Notes under the pieces: generated by a model
What the model was told of the DNA's origin: nothing
What the model saw: the letters and a program-made list of their open reading frames with translations, nothing else
The model's database searches: none
Made by a program: the position numbers and the translations under genes
Shown: piece after piece, positions 44,589 to 53,822 of the stretch
Layout: the number at the start of each line of letters is the position of its first letter
Position numbering within the stretch: position 1 is the first letter of the stretch
NCBI GenBank assembly: GCA_045597865.1
Contig: JAZLKX010000028.1
Span: forward strand, 1-64,000
Reading direction: 5' to 3'
Length of the DNA: 64,000 bases
Origin: Bacilli bacterium
Lineage (GTDB): Bacteria; Bacillota_I; Bacilli_A; RFN20; CAG-826

Positions 44589-44999
44589 TTAGTCTTTCAC
44601 TGAGATACCCATGTTACGGCATGAACCTTCAACAATCTTCATTGCTGATTCAACGTCGTCACAGTTAAGGTCTGGTAACTTGTATTCTGCGATTTCTTTA
44701 AGTTGTGCTTTGGTGATTGATCCAACGATAACTTTTGGGTTTGCTGAACCTTTTTTGACACCTGCTGCTTTAAGGATTAATCCTGCAACTGGAGAAGTCT
44801 TGATTACAAAGTCATGAGATTTGTCTTCATAAGCTGTAATAATGACTGGAACGATTTCGCCTTTTCTGTCTGCAGTCTTTGCATTAAAGTCTGTACAGAA
44901 CTTTGGCATGACGACACCTGCTGAAGCAAGTTTTGGTCCTGGTTTAGCTTCGCCGCCTGGGAGTTCCATCTTAACAACTTTGACGATTCTTTTACTCAC
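44589..44999 (-). CDS. rplK: 50S ribosomal protein L11 (GTG start)
   Basis: FCTDFNAKT, EIAEYKLPDLN, GSCRNMGI; SD AGGAGG. Confidence 0.97.
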   Translation of the reverse strand: MSKRIVKVVKMELPGGEAKPGPKLASAGVVMPKFCTDFNAKTADRKGEIVPVIITAYEDKSHDFVIKTSPVAGLILKAAGVKKGSANPKVIVGSITKAQLKEIAEYKLPDLNCDDVESAMKIVEGSCRNMGISVKD

Positions 45000-45033
45000 G
45001 TGACATTTCCTCCTTTTCTTCTTTAGATTTGTC

Positions 45034-45082
45034 CGTGTCGTGGTCTATTTTGGACCGATCGTTTGGTCCTTCCACGATACGT
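45034..45082 (-). promoter_or_regulatory. L1-binding autoregulatory leader of rplK-rplA
   Basis: CGTGGAAGGACC...GGTCC...GACCACG hairpin with the purine-rich internal loop typical of L1 sites. Confidence 0.65.
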
Positions 45083-45129
45083 ATGTAACACTTGCGCGCT
45101 CTCTCATTCAGCGAACAAAGTGCGTGTGT

Positions 45130-45158
45130 ATTATATATGATAGGTATGTGCGTGTAAA
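45130..45158 (-). promoter_or_regulatory. rplK promoter
   Basis: TTTACA-17-TATAAT. Confidence 0.8.
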
Positions 45159-45224
45159 GAAAATTTTTAAAAAGTTTTGCCAGATTATCCAACAAAACTT
45201 TCTATAAATACTTTGTATTTAACT

Positions 45225-47402
45225 TTATTTAATTTTTCTATAAATTAATGATAAAGAATGCAACGTGAGCAACACGGTTAAGCCTGTGTCTGCGAGTATG
45301 CCTACGAACAATGCAGCTTCCCCAATAACATCTGCCAAAATTAAAGAAATAACAACTATTTTTACAAGCAATGCGAACACAATATTGAAGATTGCGACAA
45401 ACTTGGTTTTCTTTGCAATTTTGATTGAGTCATAAATCTTTAATGGGTGGTCTTGCATGATAACAACATCAGAGTTCTCAACAGCAACATCAGAACCTAT
45501 TCCGCCCATTGCAAAACCAACGTCACTTCTAATGATTGAAGGAGTGTCATTTATACCATCACCAGCAAAGGCAATTAAGCGGCCTTTTTCAGCAAAATCT
45601 ATAGCTTTTTCCACATATTTTGTCTTATCTTGAGGTAAAAGTTTGGCGTGATATTCTTTGATTCCAACAGCCTCTGCAACCTCTTTAACTGTAGATTCTT
45701 TATCGCCAGAAAGTAAGACAACTTTTATTCCCATTTCATCCAATTTTTTAATCAATAATTTAGCTTTATCTCTAACAACATCTTTTAGAACAACATAACC
45801 AATATAGTTACCATTTTTTGCAACATGAATTGCAGTTCCTCCAACATCCACTTCCTCCACCACAATTCCTTCATTTTTGAGAAGATCAACATTACCTGCT
45901 AAAATCTTATTTCCTTCATATTCTGTCTTAACTCCAAGACCTGGAACTTCTTCATAATTCTTTTGTGATAAAGCTATTGAAGAAACGTTTTTATGCAAAC
46001 ATATTGCTTTAGCAATTGGATGATTAGAACGTGATTCCGCAGCTAAAAGAGCGGTCTCTAATTCTTTTTCAGTTACTTTGACTGGAACAAGCTCACTTAC
46101 TTCAAAATTCCCATAAGTGAGAGTTCCAGTCTTATCTATAAACAAAGTTCCAACTTTACAAAGGGAATCTAAGTAGTTGGCACCTTTGATAACAACACCA
46201 CGGCGTGATGCTAGACCAATTCCTGCAAAGTAAGCAAGAGGAACAGATATAACAATTGCGCACGGACAAGAGACAACAAGAATAGCTAATCCACCAAAAA
46301 CTGATTGTGCCCAATCATGAGTAATTAAACCTTTAATAACAGCAAATAAAATACCTGCTAAAAATACAGTTGGTGTGTAAATTCGCGCGAATTTTGTAAT
46401 GAATTTCTCAGCTTTTGCCTTTCTTTCGCCACTTGATTGAACTAGCTCAAGAATCTTAGAAATGGTTGAATCTGCAAAGACCTTATTCACCTTTATTGTG
46501 ATTGATCCGCTTCTTAAAATCGATCCACTTAACGCATTGTGACCAACTAATGCATCTACAGGCATTGGCTCTCCCGTTAACGAAGAAACATCAAGTGTGC
46601 CCTGACCATCAACAATTTCTCCATCAGCTGGAACAATTTCTCCGATTCTAACTATTATTTTATCTCCAACTTTAAGCGTCTCAGGTTTAACCTCGACAAC
46701 TTTGTTGTCGGTTATTAAATTTGCAGTATCAGCACGAAGGTCAATTGCATTAGTGATTGCATCTTTTGATTTACCTGTTGCAATGTGTTCAAAAAGTTCT
46801 CCGATTTGGAACAAAACAATAACCATAACTCCATCCATTAAATCAACTTCAAAAGCACCGGAATCCATTCCGTTTTTTACTAAAATTGAAAGAGTAAAAA
46901 CACCGACAGTTGATAATGTTAAAAGCAAATTCATGTCTATTGGATTTCTTAATTTAATAATGTTTTTAACAACTCGCCAAACTATGTCATATAGACAAAC
47001 TAATGCAGCAATTCCATACAAAATCGCCGCTAAAACGTACATATTTTGACTATTTTCCATCATTTCCTCGGTGATGGTAAATTTAACAACAAGCATTAAA
47101 ATAGCTGAGAAAAGAATTCTTCCAAGCATCACATAAAAATGTTTATTCAAAAACGAATTTTTAACATTTCTTCCTGCTTGCAATTTTTCAATTCTTAATG
47201 GATCATCTTCAACCTCTTTGATGAGTTTTATTAATTCATCTGTTTGAAGTGGTTCATCTTTGTAGTTGATGTACAATCTTTCGTTAGCAAAATCGATTGT
47301 GGCTGAGTGAATAATTTCTTGTTTGTTTAAATAACGCTCAACATTAGCTGCACAGTTGGCGCAATCGAATCCAGAAATGTGATAAATAACCTTTTTTGAC
47401 AT
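45225..47402 (-). CDS. heavy-metal P1B-type ATPase (Zn/Cd type, CadA/ZntA-like)
   Basis: N-terminal GFDCANC, LTGE, SCPC, DKTGT, SNHP, GDGINDTP. Start MSKKV behind SD GGAGG. Confidence 0.93.
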   Translation of the reverse strand: MSKKVIYHISGFDCANCAANVERYLNKQEIIHSATIDFANERLYINYKDEPLQTDELIKLIKEVEDDPLRIEKLQAGRNVKNSFLNKHFYVMLGRILFSAILMLVVKFTITEEMMENSQNMYVLAAILYGIAALVCLYDIVWRVVKNIIKLRNPIDMNLLLTLSTVGVFTLSILVKNGMDSGAFEVDLMDGVMVIVLFQIGELFEHIATGKSKDAITNAIDLRADTANLITDNKVVEVKPETLKVGDKIIVRIGEIVPADGEIVDGQGTLDVSSLTGEPMPVDALVGHNALSGSILRSGSITIKVNKVFADSTISKILELVQSSGERKAKAEKFITKFARIYTPTVFLAGILFAVIKGLITHDWAQSVFGGLAILVVSCPCAIVISVPLAYFAGIGLASRRGVVIKGANYLDSLCKVGTLFIDKTGTLTYGNFEVSELVPVKVTEKELETALLAAESRSNHPIAKAICLHKNVSSIALSQKNYEEVPGLGVKTEYEGNKILAGNVDLLKNEGIVVEEVDVGGTAIHVAKNGNYIGYVVLKDVVRDKAKLLIKKLDEMGIKVVLLSGDKESTVKEVAEAVGIKEYHAKLLPQDKTKYVEKAIDFAEKGRLIAFAGDGINDTPSIIRSDVGFAMGGIGSDVAVENSDVVIMQDHPLKIYDSIKIAKKTKFVAIFNIVFALLVKIVVISLILADVIGEAALFVGILADTGLTVLLTLHSLSLIYRKIK

Positions 47403-47403
47403 T

Positions 47404-47772
47404 TTATCTTTCCTCCACATGTTCTTTTACTACATTTAGAAGCTCTTTTACGTGCCCGTCTTTTAAAGAATAATAAATTTTCAAGCCGTCTCTTCTTGTT
47501 TTTACAATATTTTTATCTCTTAAAACTTTTAATTGATGCGAGACAAGTGATTGGGAACAACCAGTGGCTTCTACGATTTCGGAAACTGACTTCTCAATCA
47601 TGCAAGAAAGCACTCTACATTTGCTGCAACAATTGAGTTCGCTACAACAACAAGAGCATTCTCTCTCATTAACAAGTGAAACCATTATTTTTAGGCGTGT
47701 TTGATCAGAAACAACCTTCAATAATTGTTCCATTTTTCTAATAGTTTGAATGTTAATTCTTTCAAAGTTCAT
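47404..47772 (-). CDS. ArsR/SmtB family metal-sensing repressor with Cys-rich insertion
   Basis: DQTRLKI, SQSLVSHQLKVL, RRDGLKIYYSL, alpha5 site DGH-x10-HVEE. Start could be any of three tandem ATGs (47778/47775/47772). Confidence 0.92.
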   Translation of the reverse strand: MNFERINIQTIRKMEQLLKVVSDQTRLKIMVSLVNERECSCCCSELNCCSKCRVLSCMIEKSVSEIVEATGCSQSLVSHQLKVLRDKNIVKTRRDGLKIYYSLKDGHVKELLNVVKEHVEER

Positions 47773-47779
47773 CATCATT

Positions 47780-47808
47780 ATTATATGAATGGTTGTTCAT
47801 ATAGTCAA
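47780..47808 (-). promoter_or_regulatory. ArsR promoter overlapped by SmtB/CzrA-type operator
   Basis: TTGACT-17-TATAAT; inverted repeat TATATGAA-N6-TTCATATA at 47782-47803. Confidence 0.88.
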
Positions 47809-47824
47809 CAATTTTTTTGCAAAT

Positions 47825-47851
47825 AAAAAACACACTACATAGTAGTGTGTT
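47825..47851 (-). terminator. terminator after nusG
   Basis: AACACACTAC-TAT-GTAGTGTGTT-TTTT. Confidence 0.9.
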
Positions 47852-47871
47852 AATTATCGAATTTTAATCAA

Positions 47872-48438
47872 TTATAGACGTTCAATTTCTGAGAAATCTA
47901 CATCGACTGGAGTTGAACGACCGAAGAAGATTGTTTCAACTCTACAAGCACCAGTCTCCTTATTGATGGATAAGATTTTGCCTTCTGTACCTTCAAGTGG
48001 TCCTCTGATGACTCTAACTGGATCGCCAATGTTGTAGTGTTCATACATTGCTGAATCAATGATGCCCATACGTTTAAGAACTGGTTCAATTTCTTCTTTA
48101 GAAACTGGAGTTGGTTTTTGACCACCACCAGATGAACCAACGATACCAACAACGCCTGGAGTGTTACGGACGTGATACCAACTATTGTTGGTCATGAACA
48201 TTTCTACGAAGATGTTTCCTGGGAACAAGTTTTTCATCTTAGTCTTTCCTGTAGGAAGACCTGTTTCTCTATCAATTACTGGAACTTCTTGTTCTGCAAC
48301 TAAAATGTTGGTGATATAATCACCCATTCCAAGTTGATCAAATCTTTTTCTAAGGTTTTCAGCAGCTTTTCTCTCGTGTTGAGAATAAGTGGTAACAATG
48401 TACCAATGCTTTTCGCCTAATTCTTCTTTTTCTTCCAT
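47872..48438 (-). CDS. nusG: transcription termination/antitermination factor NusG
   Basis: WYIVTTYS, FPG, VRNTPGV, KOW motif GPLEG, FFGRSTPV. Confidence 0.97.
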   Translation of the reverse strand: MEEKEELGEKHWYIVTTYSQHERKAAENLRKRFDQLGMGDYITNILVAEQEVPVIDRETGLPTGKTKMKNLFPGNIFVEMFMTNNSWYHVRNTPGVVGIVGSSGGGQKPTPVSKEEIEPVLKRMGIIDSAMYEHYNIGDPVRVIRGPLEGTEGKILSINKETGACRVETIFFGRSTPVDVDFSEIERL

Positions 48439-48453
48439 TGTTTTGTCTCCTTA

Positions 48454-48654
48454 TTATGCTTTGAGTCCTGCAAAAACATTCTTTAAAGCTTCAATAACCT
48501 TTCCAGCAGCTAAGTCTTCTAAAGAAAGGATTAAAGCGCAGAATACACAAATAACAATTGTAGTAATAAGAGCAGTTAAAAATGCTTCTCTTTTAGGCCA
48601 ACGAACACGTTTGCCTTCTTTGATAACTTCTTTGGTATATTTTTTTACACCCAT
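48454..48654 (-). CDS. secE: preprotein translocase SecE
   Basis: KEGKRVRWP plus a single TM; located between rpmG and nusG. Confidence 0.92.
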   Translation of the reverse strand: MGVKKYTKEVIKEGKRVRWPKREAFLTALITTIVICVFCALILSLEDLAAGKVIEALKNVFAGLKA

Positions 48655-48665
48655 AGTTATTCCTC

Positions 48666-48812
48666 CTACTTGCTTTCCTTATGCAATGTTTGCTTATTGC
48701 AATGTGGACAAAATTTCATTAATTCAAGACGTTCAGTTGCGCCTTCTTTTTTGGTAGTTGTGTAATTTCTACTAAGGCATTCAGGGCAAATTAAAATAAC
48801 TTTCTTTCTCAT
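48666..48812 (-). CDS. rpmG: 50S ribosomal protein L33 (Zn-ribbon type); below the ORF-track length cutoff
   Basis: Manual translation [48 protein letters not shown]. Confidence 0.96.
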   Translation of the reverse strand: MRKKVILICPECLSRNYTTTKKEGATERLELMKFCPHCNKQTLHKESK

Positions 48813-48884
48813 AAAACGTTATCCTATTTAACATCTTGTGCTGTAATCATACATTACTCATTTAACAAAGTCAAGTAAATTGAC

Positions 48885-49709
48885 TTATTTTGCATTCTCA
48901 AAAATCTCAATTAGTGGATTTAGAGAATCTGTTTGATAATCTTCAATATTCCCTTGATCCACTAATTGGGATATTGTTGGATCGATAGGTAATTCTGCAA
49001 GAACTTTAATGCCTGATTCTTCAATAATTTTCTTTGATTCTTCTGAACCGAAAATTCTAATTTTTTCATCACATTTTGGGCATTTAATGTAAGCCATATT
49101 TTCAACAATTCCCAATGTGTTAATGTACATCATTTTTGCCATATTAATGGATTTTTTAACAACCATAGAAACTAAATCTTGTGGACTTGTTACAATAATG
49201 ATTCCATCGATTGGATACATTTGAAAAATTGTTAATGGAACGTCGCCTGTTCCTGGAGGCATATCAATGAACATATAATCAACATCACCATAGGTGACAT
49301 CAGTATATAGTTGCTGGACAAAACCAGCAATCATTGGTCCTCTCCAGATGATTGGAGATTCATCGTCAGGCATCAATAAATTGGCTGACATAATCTTAAT
49401 TCCGTGCTTAGTTAACACTGGATAAATTGCAGTTTCATCAGAACTCGCCATCTTTCCTTTTAAGCCAAACGCTTGAGGTATAGATGGGCCAGTGATATCG
49501 GCATCAACAATAGCAACGTTGTAGCCCTTTTTATTCATGGCCGATGCAAGCAAAGATGTAACTAAGCTTTTACCCACACCGCCCTTACCAGAAATTACAG
49601 CATAACAATGCTTAATTGTGGTATTCTCATTTGGTTTTAATTTTTCTATTTTGCGTGATGCACAATCACCTTGTGAACAGCTCGCGCAATCGTGATTACA
49701 TTCAGACAT
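48885..49709 (-). CDS. Mrp/NBP35 Fe-S cluster carrier ATPase
   Basis: N-terminal CxxxCxxC, SGKGGVGKS, DADITGPS, WRGP, DMPPGTGD, ENM, CPKC. Confidence 0.95.
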   Translation of the reverse strand: MSECNHDCASCSQGDCASRKIEKLKPNENTTIKHCYAVISGKGGVGKSLVTSLLASAMNKKGYNVAIVDADITGPSIPQAFGLKGKMASSDETAIYPVLTKHGIKIMSANLLMPDDESPIIWRGPMIAGFVQQLYTDVTYGDVDYMFIDMPPGTGDVPLTIFQMYPIDGIIIVTSPQDLVSMVVKKSINMAKMMYINTLGIVENMAYIKCPKCDEKIRIFGSEESKKIIEESGIKVLAELPIDPTISQLVDQGNIEDYQTDSLNPLIEIFENAK

Positions 49710-49743
49710 AAAATAACTCCTTGCTATAATAATAGCATAATAG

Positions 49744-50352
49744 TTATTTAAGTTCTATTTTTAATTTCATTGATTCGAGATCTTTTTGAATTAATTTTTT
49801 GATGTACCTATATTGGCCTTCGGTTAATCTGAGTCTGCGCATGATTTCCATGCTGTTATAACCAGCTGATTGTAACATAAAAACTCTTTTCTTTTTAATT
49901 TCTATAGCATCATCAGTTGCTTTGGGAGATGACATTTGCAAATGGATTTCTTCAAAAGAAATTTGTTCCGGAATTGATGCACAATTACAGTCTTCAACTA
50001 ATTCATATAAACTTGTTCCGTCCGATGTTGTTTCGTCTAAAGATTTACCCTGTACACTAAAAATTTTGCACAATTCAACTAATTTAGAAGTAAGCCTTTT
50101 GTTCAAAACAAATTTTGCGAAATCAAAGAAACTTTTTGTTTCAGATGAAAAAGATGTGTAAACATAGTTTATTATGAATAAAATATAATCATCAATGTCG
50201 TCTAAAGTTATATTATAAATCGACATTTTTTCCATAAGTGATTTTGCAACTTTTCTTCCATAATTAAAAAGATAATTAGTCAACTCTTGTAAGGCTCTGT
50301 TGTCACCATTTTGACTAACCTTAAAAAGATTATCGACGTAATCTTTATTCAT
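49744..50352 (-). CDS. divergent sigma-70 family factor (SigH/ComX-like)
   Basis: SQNGDNRALQEL (region 2 start), SLDE...SLYEL, C-terminal HTH GYNSMEIMRRL; occupies the sigH position after cysS-rlmB. Confidence 0.6.
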   Translation of the reverse strand: MNKDYVDNLFKVSQNGDNRALQELTNYLFNYGRKVAKSLMEKMSIYNITLDDIDDYILFIINYVYTSFSSETKSFFDFAKFVLNKRLTSKLVELCKIFSVQGKSLDETTSDGTSLYELVEDCNCASIPEQISFEEIHLQMSSPKATDDAIEIKKKRVFMLQSAGYNSMEIMRRLRLTEGQYRYIKKLIQKDLESMKLKIELK

Positions 50353-50385
50353 TACTTTATCCTCCTTTAAGGAAGATTTTATCTT

Positions 50386-51126
50386 TTACTTGTTTACAAT
50401 TCTTGATAACAAAATTCCAACAGACACTGAAACATTAAGACTATTAACGTGTCCTTTCATTGGAATTTTAATAATGAAATCGGAGTTTTCCATAACAAGT
50501 CTTGAAGCTCCATGGCCTTCCGAACCAACTATTAAAGCAGTTGGACCTGAATAATCTAAAGCTTCATAATTGTCTTTACCGCTACCATCTGCAGTATAAA
50601 TCCAGAAACCATTTTCCTTTAATTTGTTGATTGCTGAAACTATATTATTTACTTCTGCTACCTTTACATATTCGATAGCACCTGTTGAAACTTTGGCGAC
50701 CGTCATATTTAATGGAACTTGATTGCGTGATTTGATAATCACCCCATCGACTCCAAATGCGTCCGCAGAACGCAAAATTGCACCAAAGTTATGTGGATCT
50801 TCAATCTCATCCAATATGAGAATTAAAGGATGGTCACTCTTTTTGGAACATGAAATGATTTCATCTAAAGATGAATATTCATAAGGAGCTACCTCGACAA
50901 CGATACCTTGGTGGTTTCCACCACGAACTAATGAGTTCAAATAATTCAATTCAACATACTTAGGAGAAAGTTTGTTTCTTTGAATTTCACCAAGGATCTT
51001 ATCGTCTTTAAATCCTTTTTGAAGATAAATTGCTTTCACTTTATTTTGCGATAAAGCATTTAAAGAAGGCAATCTTCCATACACTAATTCTACTCTATTT
51101 TTTGAAGGTCTATTCCCATTTTTCAT
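50386..51126 (-). CDS. rlmB: 23S rRNA (Gm2251) 2'-O-methyltransferase
   Basis: NHQGIV, LDEIEDPHNFGAILRS, VGSEGHG, IPMKGHVNSLNVS. Confidence 0.95.
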   Translation of the reverse strand: MKNGNRPSKNRVELVYGRLPSLNALSQNKVKAIYLQKGFKDDKILGEIQRNKLSPKYVELNYLNSLVRGGNHQGIVVEVAPYEYSSLDEIISCSKKSDHPLILILDEIEDPHNFGAILRSADAFGVDGVIIKSRNQVPLNMTVAKVSTGAIEYVKVAEVNNIVSAINKLKENGFWIYTADGSGKDNYEALDYSGPTALIVGSEGHGASRLVMENSDFIIKIPMKGHVNSLNVSVSVGILLSRIVNK

Positions 51127-51128
51127 AA

Positions 51129-52460
51129 CTAGATAATTTTATTCTCCATTAAGACGTTTCTGAGCTTATCAGATTCCTCAAATTTCTTCTCTGATTTTAA
51201 TCTCAAATATTCTGCATAAATTTTCTCTAATTCTGGTGTCAAAATTGGAGCATCTAAATCGATTCCTAAAATTGAAAGCATTGCATTAATTGAAGCGAAA
51301 ATATTGGAGATTTCCTGGAGATTTTGCGGATTTTTGCGCAATTCTACGTTTGCAAGTTTAACCTTTTCAAAGAGTGCAGCAAGGGCATTTGAAGTGTTTA
51401 AATCATCAGCCATTGCAGCTAAGAAATCAGCCACTTCTGGGGTACCTGATTTTAGGTCTCCATGATTGACTTGAATTGCCACTGCTAATTGGTTATAAAC
51501 TTTCTTAATTTTTTCTAATTCGTTAACAGTTGATTGAACTGTTTCTTCTGTAAATGAAACTGGAGCACGATAATGAGTTTCTAAAATAAGAAGTCTCATA
51601 ACTTTTCCGCCATATTTTGCAATTGCGTCTTTTGCTAAAACAACATTGCCTAATGATTTAGACATTTTCTCGTTTCCAAAATTAACGAAGCCATTATGCA
51701 TCCAAACGTTTGCAATCTTATTGTGATCATGTGCTTTTGCTTGAGCAATTTCATTTTCATGGTGTGGGAATTTTAAGTCAAATCCACCGCCGTGAATATC
51801 AATCTTTCCATCAAAGATGGAGTTAATCATAACACAGCATTCTGTATGCCATCCTGGACGGCCTTTTCCCCAAGGGGAATCCCATTGAATGCCAACATCT
51901 GTTTTCTTCCATAAGCAGAAATCTAATGGTGATTCTTTCTTAGAATTTTCTTCAATACGAGCACCAACTACTAAATCATCAATTTTGATATTTGATAATT
52001 CACCATAGTCTTGGATTGAACTTATTCTAAAGAATACATCTCCATCAATTTCATATGCGGCGCCAGTTTTTACTAGGTCATCAATGTAAGAAATGATGAA
52101 ACCCATGTATTCGGTGACTCTTGGGTTTTTATAATGTTGTTTAACATTGAGTTTGCTAAGAACTTCTTTGTAGGCTTTAATGTAACGATCAGTAATAACA
52201 GATTCAGAAACTCCTTCTTCCACTGCTTTTTTAATAATCTTATCGTCAACATCAGTAAAGTTAGAGACAAGCTTAACATTGTAACCAACGTACTCTAAAA
52301 AACGTCTGAGTGTATCAAACACAATAACAGGACGAATATTTCCAACGTGTGCATCACCATAGACTGTTGGTCCACAGCAATAAATGGAGACTTCATTTTC
52401 TCTAATTGGTTTTAATACTTCAACACTATTTGATAATGAGTTAAAAACTTTAATTTCCAT
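51129..52460 (-). CDS. cysS: cysteine--tRNA ligase
   Basis: CGPTVY, HVGN, GRPGWHTEC, FPHHENE, KMSKS. Confidence 0.98.
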   Translation of the reverse strand: MEIKVFNSLSNSVEVLKPIRENEVSIYCCGPTVYGDAHVGNIRPVIVFDTLRRFLEYVGYNVKLVSNFTDVDDKIIKKAVEEGVSESVITDRYIKAYKEVLSKLNVKQHYKNPRVTEYMGFIISYIDDLVKTGAAYEIDGDVFFRISSIQDYGELSNIKIDDLVVGARIEENSKKESPLDFCLWKKTDVGIQWDSPWGKGRPGWHTECCVMINSIFDGKIDIHGGGFDLKFPHHENEIAQAKAHDHNKIANVWMHNGFVNFGNEKMSKSLGNVVLAKDAIAKYGGKVMRLLILETHYRAPVSFTEETVQSTVNELEKIKKVYNQLAVAIQVNHGDLKSGTPEVADFLAAMADDLNTSNALAALFEKVKLANVELRKNPQNLQEISNIFASINAMLSILGIDLDAPILTPELEKIYAEYLRLKSEKKFEESDKLRNVLMENKII

Positions 52461-52472
52461 AGCAATTCTCCA

Positions 52473-53735
52473 TTATTTTGCGTCAATAATGCGCTTTTTA
52501 TGTTTTGGACGTGCTGGTGTTTTAGGAGCTTTTTTCATTGCTTTCATGAACGATTCAGCAAGTCCACCTTTAGCTGTTTCACGGTATCTCTTGTTCAAAT
52601 CTTTTCCGGTTTTGTACATTGTTTCGACAACTGTATCAAACGAGACAGCATTTGATGCGTGAGCGTATTCTGCAAGTCTTCCAGCAGCAACTGCACGGAT
52701 TGCAGCAATAGCATTTCTTTCAATACACGGTATGATGACGTAGCCACCAACTGGGTCACAGGTCAAACCAAGTGAATGTTCCATAGCGACTTCTGCAGCA
52801 CATTCAATACCATCAATGTCTTCTTTTTTGAGATAAGCATAAGCTGCAGCAGCCATTGAACAAGCTGACCCAATTTCAGCCTGACAGCCTGCTTCAGCAC
52901 CTGCTAGAGAAGCGTTATATTTAATAACGTTACCAATAATTCCAGCGACCGCTAAGGCCTCAAGAATTGTTTGTCTTGGTTTTTTATACTTCTCGCCATA
53001 ATATTTCATTACCGAAGGTAAAACACCACAAGAACCACATGTTGGAGCAGTAACAACGACTCCGCCCGATGCATTTTCTTCACTAACAGCAAATGCATAG
53101 GCATACATCATTCTAAATGAGTTTCCGACTTCAGATTCGTCAACATAAAGGGATTTAAGGAAATCTTTAGCTCTACGTTGAACATGAAGTTTACCTGGAA
53201 GTTCTCCGGTTGCTTTAAGGCCCCTATCGATAGCGGCCATCATTGCGTCATAAACTTCACCAAGATAATCAAAGATTTCTTCACCTTCACGATTCACTAT
53301 GTAATCAACTAAAGTCCAGTTATTCTTTTCACAAACTTTACGGATTTCAGCAAAGTTCTTTTCTTTATAAATTTCTGGTTCTGGTGCGCTCTTTTCGTCA
53401 CCAATACGAATAGAACCGCCGCCTGGTGAAGTTGCCCATAAAATCTCATGAGTTCCGTCTTTATTATAAACATCAAACTTTACAGTATTTGGATGTTGTG
53501 TTTTAGTTTTGTAATCAAAATAAATGTTTGTTGGAATTGGAGCACACGAAGTGACAATAGCTTTATCAGTCATGTGACCTCTGCCAGTTAAAGCAAAAGA
53601 TCCAAATAATGTAACATCAAAATGATCTGCATTTGGGAAGTTTTTTACAGCATATTTTGAGATTCTTGAAGGTCCAATTGTATGTGAAGAGGAAGGACCA
53701 TTTCCTATACGGTATAAATAACGGATTGATTTCAT
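52473..53735 (-). CDS. sdaA: Fe-S L-serine ammonia-lyase (fused alpha/beta)
   Basis: GPSSSHTIGP, APTCGSCG, GCQAEIG, GLTCDPV, PCIERN, RETAKGGLA. Confidence 0.95.
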   Translation of the reverse strand: MKSIRYLYRIGNGPSSSHTIGPSRISKYAVKNFPNADHFDVTLFGSFALTGRGHMTDKAIVTSCAPIPTNIYFDYKTKTQHPNTVKFDVYNKDGTHEILWATSPGGGSIRIGDEKSAPEPEIYKEKNFAEIRKVCEKNNWTLVDYIVNREGEEIFDYLGEVYDAMMAAIDRGLKATGELPGKLHVQRRAKDFLKSLYVDESEVGNSFRMMYAYAFAVSEENASGGVVVTAPTCGSCGVLPSVMKYYGEKYKKPRQTILEALAVAGIIGNVIKYNASLAGAEAGCQAEIGSACSMAAAAYAYLKKEDIDGIECAAEVAMEHSLGLTCDPVGGYVIIPCIERNAIAAIRAVAAGRLAEYAHASNAVSFDTVVETMYKTGKDLNKRYRETAKGGLAESFMKAMKKAPKTPARPKHKKRIIDAK

Positions 53736-53774
53736 AGTGCAGTTATTTTAACACATAGACATACAAACGCAAAT

Positions 53775-53804
53775 AAAAAAGCGGAGCTACGAAGTAACCC
53801 CGCT
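53775..53804 (-). terminator. terminator ending the catabolic operon
   Basis: AGCGGGGTTAC-TTC-GTAGCTCCGCTTTTTT. Confidence 0.8.
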
Positions 53805-53822
53805 AATTTATATTTAGAGCAA

